This document shows, one piece after another, positions 52,781 to 64,000 of a DNA stretch of 64,000 nt. Position 1 is the stretch's first letter; each line of letters starts with the position of its first letter. Made by a program: the position numbers and the translations under genes. The DNA is from Octopus vulgaris (Eukaryota): assembly GCA_951406725.2 (NCBI GenBank), contig OX597827.1, positions 44,268,001 through 44,332,000 of the forward strand. The letters run 5' to 3'. The notes under the pieces are model-generated. The model was given only the letters and a program-made list of their open reading frames with translations, searched no databases and was not told the origin of the DNA.

Positions 52781-52857
52781 TATATATGTACATATACATT
52801 TATACATATGTATGTATATACATATATATACACACACACACACACATACACACACAA

Positions 52858-52888
<31 letters not shown>

Positions 52889-53367
52889 TATATAGTGCAT
52901 TGACGTGTCTGCTTATATAAGTGTATATATGTATGCGTGTATGTGTGTGTATGCGTGTGTGCGTGCGTGTGTGAGTGTGCGCGTATGTGGCTGTGTGTGA
53001 GTGTGCGCGTATGTGGCTGTGTGTGTCCGTACGTGTGCTTGTGTGTGTTTATGTCCCTGTTGTTTTTTGCCTTTTGTCCCTTTCATGTCCCGAAACCTAC
53101 AAATTCAGGAATTAGAGATCGATAGAATACGACCCAAACTAGAATAAATATACACAGATTGATATGATAAACTAAACTTCGCCCCAACATGACCGCAAGT
53201 CCAATAACTACACCTAATAACATGATAATAGAAGTTCGAAGATAAATATGTATAAGTTCCTTGTGTGTGCGTTTGCGTTAGCGTGCGCGCACGCGCATGG
53301 ATTGGTTGTGTGAGTAATGGACGTATGTACTTTTGCACAAAGCACTTCATATACGTATATATGTGCA

Positions 53368-53409
<42 letters not shown>

Positions 53410-53594
53410 CATATCGTTTGTAAAAATCATAAAAAACATAAAATCCGAAAGAAGCTCACTATATTTATATATATATGTATATATGTATGTATGTATATAT
53501 GTATGTATGTATGCATGTATGTATGTATATATGTATATATGTATGTATGTATGTGTGTGTGTGTATGTATATATATATATATGTATATATATAT

Positions 53595-53643
<49 letters not shown>

Positions 53644-54251
53644 TATACATAGATATATACATATATATATTCATATATATATATATTCATATACATAGAT
53701 ATATATATAAATATACATATATGTGTATATGCATATATATATATATATGCATATATATACATAGACATTGGAAATATGAATACACAAATACGTTCAGATG
53801 TACTTATAAATATATATATATACACTTACATATATTTATATATATATATATGCATATAAGTATATATATGTGTGTGTGTTGATCTTACCATTATGGAACA
53901 GTACACTATATATATATATATGTGTGTGAGTGTGTATAGATATATATACACGCATACACAGTATACGTATATACACGAGTGTATGTGTGTATGCACATGC
54001 ATCTCCGGATTGGGTATCATTGTGGTTGTATATCATTGTGGTTGTATGGTCGTGTGTATTTAAATGCGGTTTAACGGTTGTTCGGCGGAGGTTGATGGAT
54101 CGATCGCCATCATTGGTAGCGGAGCAACATCAAAGGAGACCATAACACTTTGATCTGTCCGGCCTTTTAACATACAACAATCACTTCAAAAAAACAAATA
54201 ACGTAATTTTCACAACTGATGTGTGTGTACAAACATACATACACACATACG

Positions 54252-54350
<99 letters not shown>

Positions 54351-54626
54351 TAGCAGTATCGCCCGGCGTTGCTCGGGTTGTAAGTGAAAAAACTATATAA
54401 GAATTTTTAGAGAGTTATAGCCAAAAAGTAGCAAAAAAATGCATTAAAAATTGAAAAAAAATTAAGGTAAATTTTTCTTTAAATCGTTCACACATCGTAG
54501 ATATTTTTAGAGAGTTACTTCCCTTATATAAAAGCGAAAAAATGCATTAAAATGGAAAAAATGATGGTAATTTTTTTTTAAATCGTAGACTCATCGTAGA
54601 CGCGCGCTAATACCCAGAAGGGCTCG

Positions 54627-55105
54627 TTTGTTATTCTGGGTAACTTTCTGTAAAATTAACAAAAATTTTGTTCAAACAACGCTATAGAAAATGGGTTATT
54701 AGCTAATATTCAATTGGGTATACAACAAAATTTTACGATAGAATTTGTTATACTGGGTAAAATTATTAAAATTTTGTTCAAACATCGCTATAGAAAATGG
54801 GTTATTAGCTAATATTCAATTGGGTATACAACAATATTTTACGATAGAATTTGTTATTCTGGGTAACTTTCTGTAAAATTATTAAAATTTTGTTCAAACA
54901 TCGCTATAGAAAATGGGTTATTAGCTAATATTCAATTGGGTATACAACAAAATTTTACGATAGAATTTGTTATTCTGGGTAACTTTCTGTAAAATTATTA
55001 AAATTTTGTTCAAACATCGCTATAGAAAATGGGTTATTAGCTAATATTCAATTGGGTATACAACAAAATTTTACAATAGAATTTGTTATTCTGGGTAACT
55101 TTCTG
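54627..55105. repeat. 116-bp tandem repeat, ~4.2 units
   Basis: Unit starts at 54627, 54744, 54850, 54966, 55082. Confidence 0.95.
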
Positions 55106-55189
55106 ATACCCATAATAATATTTATGGCAAAATAGGCCTTAATTTCATTTAAGGTTGTGAGAAATAACAAACTATCCTTTCTTTCGGTT

Positions 55190-55395
55190 TGTTTACGTTT
55201 AGCGTAATGATTTCAAATAGGCTCATTCGAAAAAGTAAATAGAAATAGTCTAAGGCTTTACTCTTCTGGGAAAGTCTGTGGCTTGGTCCAGTTTCTTCAG
55301 AAAACTCACTGAAAGAAACAGTTTTTAAATTTTCACTCCATTCAGGTACCAATTCGTTTTCTTTATCGCTGTCGGATTCACTGTTTTCACTTTAA
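55190..55395 (-). pseudogene. piggyBac-like transposase N-terminal fragment
   Basis: Acidic SESDSDKENE then W.......F....GP........LDYFYLLF...LFEII, as in PGBD-type proteins. Confidence 0.6.
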
Positions 55396-55814
55396 TAGCT
55401 GCAAACTTGCAAAGACAAAGGAGGAGAAGGGTGATAGCGTCAGTGAAACAATTCGCTCCCTTTGTGTGTGTGTGCGTTTGCGTGTGGTGTAAACCAGACT
55501 AAGAAAAGCATTTGACACACACACCAGAACGTGAGTTTTCTGTAAATTTTGCTTAATTGGAGTTTAAATTTTAAAAACTGGAGCTGGCATGACGCGATAC
55601 ATTGTACTCTTAAAAATGCCAGGTAAATTGTAATTGAAGAAATCCTATATTGTAGATTTGTATAACTCCCAAAGGGAGGCAGATAAAATCTGCCTTTTAT
55701 AATAAGAGATATATGCATGTAAAGGATTTTGCTTCCGGCAGCTCCACATACACTTATAGGTACACATACGTACTTGCAGATTTACATTGTTACGTATATA
55801 TGTATACGTGTGTG

Positions 55815-55846
<32 letters not shown>

Positions 55847-55944
55847 TGTATGTATGTATGTATGTATGCATGCATGTATGTATGTATGTATAATTGTATG
55901 TATCTGTATATACATATATGTATGTATGTATGTATGTATGTACG

Positions 55945-55998
55945 TTTTTTATTCTTTTACTAGTTTCAGTCATTTGATTGTGGCCATGCTGGAGCACC

Positions 55999-56001
<3 letters not shown>
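55945..56001 (-). mobile_element. SINE family A 3' tail fragment
   Basis: cttttactagtttcagtcatttgattgtggccatgctggagcaccgcc. Confidence 0.8.
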
Positions 56002-56084
<83 letters not shown>

Positions 56085-56767
56085 TATATATGAATACATA
56101 CATGCATGCATACATACATACACACATACATATATATGTATGCATGTGTATATATGTATATAAGTATGTATGTACGTATGTACGTACGTATGTATGTATG
56201 TATGTATGTACGTATGTATGTATGTATGTATGTATGTATGTATGTATGTATGTATGTATGTATGTATGTATGCATGTGTGAGTATGAGAGTATGCATTAC
56301 TAGGTGACTGTGTCTTTGTTATGCGCAGTTACAGAGTCAGTGTACGCGTTAAACGTGCATGTGTGTGTGTGCACGTTTGTATATATCCGTGAGAGCGACT
56401 ATGCGAACGAGCGTGTGTTTTTGTGTATGTATATATATGTATGTATGAATGAGTGTGTTGTACTTGTATTTATGTGTGTGTGTGATGGAGTGTGGTGTCT
56501 ACACATGAGTTCTACAATTACAAAAGATAATCTTCAAGTTAAGTTCCAAGCAGGATTTTCTGCAAGTCTGTTTTGAAAGCTTTATCAAACATTTCGATTA
56601 CCAAGTTCTTTGATGGTTGGGAGGGCAATTGCTGGTGTTTAGGTCACATGTTCTTGTAGGAGAAGTTTACCTTGTGAGTAGCACTAATTAATTTCATAGT
56701 TTACAGAAGCTTTACATTTTCTTTATTCTGTTGCTGGTGGTGGTGGTGGTGGTGGTGTTGCTGTTGC

Positions 56768-56824
<57 letters not shown>

Positions 56825-57109
56825 CGCCGTCGTTGTTGCTGTTGTCCTTTTTTTGTTTTTGTTTTTTGTAGATAATCCTTTGCTAGATAAGCTATAAGGG
56901 GAAAAAGTAAATAATTTCAACTTAAAAGGAGCCATATGTAACATTAGACGCGCTGCCACTTATATGTATATTATATATTCTCACATACATAAAACATATG
57001 TACATATATACATACACACACACACGCACACGCACGCACTTATAAGAAATAACCCGTAAATAACAACGATGTTTACATATATATATGAATACATACATAT
57101 ATATGCGTA

Positions 57110-57177
<68 letters not shown>

Positions 57178-57345
57178 CACACTTAAATGTATATGTATAA
57201 ATGTATACATCTATTTATATATACATATATATATAATATACGAGTATGTATGTCTAATGTAAATACTGTTGTTATATACGGCTTATTGCTTCATGTAAAA
57301 TACCCAAGTGCTCCATATATCATAGGAAGAGCACTGATGATTGCA

Positions 57346-57384
<39 letters not shown>

Positions 57385-57446
57385 AGTATGTATATATATA
57401 TATATATATGTTATATATGTATGTATGTATATATATATACACACAC

Positions 57447-57481
<35 letters not shown>

Positions 57482-57515
57482 TGTTATATATGTATGTATA
57501 TATATATACACACAC

Positions 57516-57560
<45 letters not shown>

Positions 57561-57586
57561 ATATATGTATGTATGTATATATACAC

Positions 57587-57646
<60 letters not shown>

Positions 57647-57689
57647 TATAAGCATATAAATATATGTGTAAATGTTTATATACAAAACA

Positions 57690-58935
57690 TGTCCTCCACA
57701 ATAGATCTAAATGTGGGAAAAAGAGCCACCATAAAAATGAAGGGTAAAAAAACCTATGCAAATTTATCCAGTTTAACAACATAGACCTTTATTTATCTAT
57801 CACCAAAGCTCTATAAAACCATACAGTTCGTATCAAAGCACATAACCATTTGAACAGACAACTTCGACATCTTAATAACACAAAACAATTACGAATGCTC
57901 AATAAAGAATTAAACGTGGATAACAGTTAGACATTTACTTCTGTAGCCTCTACGGCGCCAATGTATGAATGTGTGCACATACTTCTCATGAGTGAACTAG
58001 AACTTATAAGCAACAATACTACGAACGAGAGATGACGATTTCATGGCATTCAGGGAATAGAGAAGACCCAAGTCTGACATATTCAGGGATAAAAACCATA
58101 TCCACTTCGAAACTTTTGACTGAAAACAGAAACAGATAAAAACCTGTTATTTACCAACTACATGATTAAAATTAATTTAACATCGGTTCCGACTTATCCT
58201 ATATATATAAAACTGCTTTATTCCAAACATATACCAGATGTTATCTTCTTTATATATAAAAGTCAAGTTGTGTGTCTGTCTCCTACGATTTAGATTCCTA
58301 ACTACTCCCACATTTTGCGGTGCAGTTTAACCAAAACCGGATATCTTATAGTCGTGATTCATATCGAGCCCTTCTGGGTATTAGCGCGCGTCTACGATGA
58401 GTCTACGATTTAAAAAAAAATTTACCATAATTTTTTTTCCATTTTAATACATTTTTTCGCTAGTATATAAGGGAAGTAACTCTCTAAAAATGTCTGCGAT
58501 GAGTCAACGATTTAAAAAAAAAATTTACCATAATTTTTTTTCCATTTTTAATGCATTTTTTGCTATTTTTTGGCTATAACTCTCTAAAAATGCTTATATA
58601 GTTATTTCCCTTACAAACCCGAGCAACGCCGGGCGATACTGCTAGTTAGCTATAAGCAAACGTATAAGCAAGGCTTCTTTGATAACTTTTTACATGACTG
58701 GGGACATGTTTAATCAGGCGTTCGTTTGGAGCCACTTCAAAACCGCTAGATACAAACAACAACAGAAAATATACTACGAGAAAAAACGCAGTTGTTGTTC
58801 GATGCACCATCCAACAACATTATAAAATTATGACATGATTCCGCTTCTTAACCAGCAGCCACTTCAACAAAGACATCCAATTTTCCTGAAATTATTGTTC
58901 AAAGAGAACAATATACAGTTCAATATTTCTACATA
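57690..58935 (+). pseudogene. Heavily decayed PLE RT relic split by a Helitron
   Basis: [17 protein letters not shown] (cf. RFIQFDIASFYPSI), RDD, HFNK.I remnants. Confidence 0.55.
58244..58645 (+). mobile_element. Short non-autonomous Helitron
   Basis: A|TC start, subterminal hairpin cccgagcaacgccggg, CTAG|T end, no TSD. Confidence 0.88.
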
Positions 58936-58949
58936 TTTTTGTTTTTTAA

Positions 58950-59135
58950 GCGGCGAGCTGACAGAAGTGTTACCACGGCGGGCTAAATGCTTAGCAGCAT
59001 TTCGTCTGTCTTTGAGTTCAAATTCCGCTGAGGTCGACTTTGTCCTTCATATCTTTCGGGGTCGATAAAATAAACACCAGTTGAGCAATCGACTTACAAT
59101 CTCCTCCCGAAATTGCTGGCCTTGTGCCAAAATTT
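58950..59135 (+). mobile_element. SINE family C, diverged
   Basis: gcggcgagctgacagaa..gagttcaaattccgctgaggtcgactttg. Confidence 0.85.
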
Positions 59136-59297
59136 GATATCAATATTTCTCCATTTTCCGTATGAAATATAATTTCGTTGCATAACCGCCATCTTTCGAC
59201 ACAATACAAATAGAACATACGAAAGGCTACGTAACCGTAACTATCGAAAAACTTATCGGTGTCTCTTGGATTACCAGTGCAACAGCAACTGCTGTGG

Positions 59298-59480
59298 AGG
59301 CGCAATGGACCAATGGTTAGGGCAGTGGACTCGCGGTCGTAAGAAGGCGGTTCCAATTCCCAGACCGGGCGTTGTGAGTGAATATTGAACAAAAACACCT
59401 AAGCTCTACGAGGCTCCGGTGAGGAGGGGGTGAACCCCGCTGTACTATTTCACCACAACTTTCACCCTTTCTTCCTACTT
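59298..59480 (+). mobile_element. SINE family B 5' part
   Basis: Matches 30125-30305. Confidence 0.88.
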
Positions 59481-59681
59481 CTGCCACAAAGCAGAGGAAC
59501 CATGATGTAACCCACTATGGTGTGGATAAACTTTCAGACCTAGTCTAGATTGCGAATCCTCTGAACCCCGTCAAAAGCCACCGTTTAAGGAATGAGGATA
59601 ACAACGTAGCATTCGCGCCTGTGCAACCGCCACTCTATCGCGTGTGGTTGGTGGATCTTCAAGTTGCCGCACGCATTATAA

Positions 59682-60369
59682 GTAGCTTAGCGGTTCGCCA
59701 AAGGAGATCGATAAAATAACTTAGCGGATCGCCAAATAGAATCGATAAAATATCTTAGCGGTTCTCCAAAGGAGATCGATAAAGTAACTAAGCGGTTCGC
59801 CAACCGTGATCGATAAAATAACTTAGCGGTTTGCCAAACATGATCGATAAAATAAATTAGCGGTTCGCAAAAGGAGATCGATAAAATAACTTAACGGTTC
59901 GCCAAAGGAGATGGATAAAATAACTTTGCGGTTTGCCAACCATGATCGATAAAATAACTTAGCGGTTCGCCAAACATTATCGATAAATAACTTAGCGGTC
60001 TACCAAAGGGTATCGATGATATAACGTAGCGGTTGGCAAAAGGATATCGATAAAATATTCTAGCGGTTCGCCAAAGGAGATCGATAAAATAACTTAGCAT
60101 TTCGCAAAAGGAGATCGATAAAATATTCTGGCGGTTCGCCAAAGGTGATTGATAAAATAACGAAGCAATTCGCCAAAGGTGATCGATAAAATAACGAAGC
60201 GGTTCACCAAACGTGATCAATGAATTAATCTAGCGGTTCGCCAAGCGAGAACGATAAAATAACGAAGCAGTTCGCCAAAGGTGATCGATAAAATAACTTA
60301 GCAGTGCGCCAAAGGAGATTGATAAAATAACTAAGCTGTTCGCCAAACTAGATCGATAGAATAACTACG
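59682..60369 (+). repeat. 34-bp minisatellite, ~20 units, derived from SINE family A
   Basis: Consensus cggttcgccaaaggagatcgataaaataacttag versus SINE acttagcggttcggcaaaagagaccgatagaata. Confidence 0.92.
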
Positions 60370-60775
60370 CTGGATTTGCCGGGTCAGAGTAAAAGATAGT
60401 ACCTGACTACCTGATGGACTCCGGTCCTTGATTAGCTATCGAGGTTGACTCCCCTAGGCTTTTTGCTTTCCCAAGGCACCCACAAGGCAGTGAGGGTTTG
60501 TGCTTAAAGTTTCTTCCATAACATGCTAATTAACCCATAACGGAGACCCCCTATAGGTGCTACTACTCCGAGTCAGAGTTCACCTGAGAACAATAGTGTC
60601 TGAGAGATGGCGCCCCACTTCTAAAATCTCTGGAACTCATGAACCAGGGACCCCACTACCGGGCATTGTTTAAAGTTATGCCCAGGACAAATGTGTTTAT
60701 GCGTATGCGTGTGCGTATGTGTGTGTGTGTGTGTGTGTGTATGTGTGTGTGTGTGTGCGTATGTGTGTGTGTGTA

Positions 60776-61562
60776 CAGGGCGTTCACAAAGTCTTTAGAC
60801 AATTTCAAAAAGTCATTATGTAAAATTTAGAAGCAGTGGCTACAAAATTCTTGTTGCTTATTAATGTAATTATTAAAGATTTTTTTAATGATGTTACTAG
60901 TTTTATTAATGTTATTTTCTTTCATGTTTCAGATCGCAATTAATGTTGTTTTTATGTTTCAGACAAAGACTACTCCACAAGAAAAGGCACAATATGCGTC
61001 TTGGTTTATCGGAAACAAAGTCGGATATTCAAATACGAAGAAATTAAACGGCTAAATATGGAAAGCAAGTTCCGGCACTTCAGTCGACTTGCAACTGGCG
61101 TAAGTAATTTATGGAAAAGGTGACGATGCTATATAAACCAAGTACTGGCAGGCTAAGAACATCTAGAGAATATATTAAATGTGTCCGTCAGTCATTTCAA
61201 CGTTTCCCATCTAAGTCCATCCGTACTGCTTCCGCTTAGCTGCAACTACCGAGATCAGCAATTGATAAAGTGATCCATAAGTGTTGTGAGGCTTTATGCA
61301 GATAAAGCTCAATTATTGCAAGCAATTAAGGTAAATGACAAGCTGCAACGAAAATAATTCTGCTGTTATAATTTGCTTGTTATAATTCTGCAAAAACAAA
61401 TCGAAGAAGATGAGTTCTTTAATCGCATTTGCTTGTTATAATTCTGCAAAAAGATCGAAGATGAGTTCTTTAATCGCATTTGCTTTACGTAAGAGGTAAA
61501 CTTCGATGTGTCTAGAAAACTTAATAAGCATTATGCAAGAATTTGGGGATCGAAAAATACCC

Positions 61563-61570
<8 letters not shown>
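60776..61570 (+). mobile_element. Tc1/mariner-superfamily transposon relic (DUF4817-type N-terminus), 3'-truncated
   Basis: TA|CAGGGCGTTCACAAAGT TIR; TPQEKAQ..SWFI.TKSDIQ, TGRLRTS, PSKSIRTAS.LQLP, F..E.NF.VS..LNKH..RIWGS with frameshifts. Confidence 0.8.
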
Positions 61571-62336
<766 letters not shown>

Positions 62337-62517
62337 TCAGTTAATTCTGATCCAGGACTAAGCAGCAACAAACCAATGAAAAAAGATTTTAGAATAAGTC
62401 ATGAGTAAACCGTGGCCCTCGAGCCTCGTGCGACCCGTGAGACTTTTTGAAAGGCACGCCTAACAAAAAGTCACCTAGTATTTTTATTAGTAGTGAGTCC
62501 TGTTTGATGATAACTCT

Positions 62518-62745
62518 TTCTTTACTACCCACAAGGGGCTAAACACAGAGAGGACAAACAATGACAGACAAACAGATTAAGTCGATTATATCGACTCCAG
62601 TACGTAACTGGTACTTAATTTATCGACCCCGAAAGGATGAAAGGCAAAGTCGACCTCGGCGGAATTTGAACTCAGAACGTAGCGGCAGACGAAATACCGA
62701 TAAGCATTTCGCCCGGCGTGCTAACGATTCTGCCAGCTCGCCGCC
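62518..62745 (-). mobile_element. SINE family C, full length
   Basis: Matches 43550-43780. Confidence 0.92.
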
Positions 62746-63429
62746 TCTTCTCGATAACGTTTGCCCATGCCTGCACTAAATGGTCGTTAAACCTGGTAGA
62801 AATAGAAGCCAAATCCCATGCAGATTACATCTTAATGTTCTGAAATGGGTGGAGGGGAGGTGATGTTGGATAACATCGTTATCGTTCTAAATGTGTTTTG
62901 TGTTTGAATAGAGAACGGAACGGAATGGTCACAGCTGGAACGACTTGAGCCTAAATCTGCTTGGTTTAGTTTCAACCCCGGGGCTGATCGGGAGCTAAAC
63001 CACGACAACAATAGCAGCTGCAGCAACAACAACTACAATACTAGCAACAACAACAACAACTACTACTACTACTACACAAGCAGCAACAGTAGCAACAGTA
63101 GCAGCAGTAGCAGCAACAACATATTCTCTGATGTTCGCTTTTTATCGTTCATATTTACATTACAAATCATTAAAGCCATTAAGGCTGATTTAATCGAAAC
63201 GCAGAGATCAATATGATCGATGTCATGTGATCGATTATTTTTGATTTAGTTTTGGCTTGTTTTTTCTTCCTTGAGGTTTTTTTTTTTTTTTGATGGGGGT
63301 GGGGTATATGGTATTTTTCTTCTTTTTTTTTCTATAACGAAAGAAGTATAAAAATTGAAAGGAGGTGCAGAGTTGCAGTAAAAAAAAAAGTGAATGGGAG
63401 ATGCCTCTGTGTGGGGTGGGAGGTTGTTC

Positions 63430-64000
63430 TTGTGGTGATGGTGGTGGTGGTGGTGGTGGTTGGGGGAGTTGATTATGCTGGGCAATAGAAAGAAGGGTGT
63501 TGGGAGTGGAAGAGATGGCGATATTGTTATTGATGTTGTTCCTGGTGGTGGTGGTGGTGGTGGTGGTGGTGGTGGTGGGTGGTGGTGGTGGTGGTGGTGG
63601 TGGTGGTGGTGGTGGTGGTGGCGGCGGTGGTGGCGGTAGTCATGGTGGTGGTACTGCTGGTAGTGATGCTGTTCGAAATGGTGGCAGAACTTGTGGTAGT
63701 TGGTGGTGGTGGTGGTCCCGGTGGTGGCGGTAGTCATGGTGGTGGTACTGCTGGTAGTGATGCTGTTCGAAATGGTGGCAGTACTTGTGGTAGTTGTGGT
63801 AGTCGGTGGTGGTGGTGGTGGTGGTGGTGGTGGTGGTAGTGGTCATGGTGGTGGTGATAGTGGCAGTGGTGGTGATAGTAGTCATGGTGGTAGTACTGGT
63901 ACTGGTACTGGTGGTGCTGGTACTGGTGTCAATGAAGATGAAGAGCTTTGGTGGTGGCTAGCCTTGTTGGAGGTGGATGAGGAGGTGATGGCGGTGGAAG
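63430..64000. repeat. GGT-rich low-complexity tract with a ~94-bp duplication
   Basis: ggcggtagtcatggtggtggtactgctggtagtgatgctgttcgaaatggtggcag occurs twice. Confidence 0.9.

Larger units (their letters stand above)
54350..55709 (-). mobile_element. Composite non-autonomous Helitron
   Basis: Minus strand A|TCTCTTATTATAAAAG start (55709); end cccgagcaacgccggg hairpin..CTAG|T (54350); last ~277 bp shared with 58244-58645. Confidence 0.75.

Noticed and set aside
59682-60369. CRISPR array
   Set aside because: Contiguous tandem units with no unique spacers, no cas genes, eukaryotic context, SINE origin

Overview
Eukaryotic, AT-rich, microsatellite-saturated DNA with no intact host gene that I can identify. 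The SINE families, the C2H2 zinc-finger relic and the (TA)n/(CA)n/(TATG)n/(GATA)n density suggest an Octopus (cephalopod) genome; this is inference. Most ORFs in the track are microsatellite artefacts. Supported content: (1) a young, 5'-truncated Penelope-like element (PLE, probably Naiad clade) at 14683-18364, with an RT + GIY-YIG ORF broken by one in-frame TAG, inverted pseudo-LTRs and a hammerhead ribozyme (HHR) in each; (2) two more decayed PLEs; (3) about 15 HHR or HHR-like motifs in unrelated short non-coding elements, mostly in or beside (TA)n tracts and built as ~1.3-mer direct repeats or foldbacks, several with long stem II, one with a G3:C8-swapped core; (4) three tRNA-derived SINE families (>20 copies); (5) relics of CRE-, Tx1/L1-, RTE-, CR1- and R4-like LINEs and Tc1/mariner elements; (6) two non-autonomous Helitrons, one carrying a piggyBac-like fragment and a 116-bp array; (7) a 34-bp minisatellite derived from a SINE segment; (8) a SINE-split C2H2 zinc-finger pseudogene. 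All alignments and RNA folds were done by eye, so boundaries of decayed elements are approximate.
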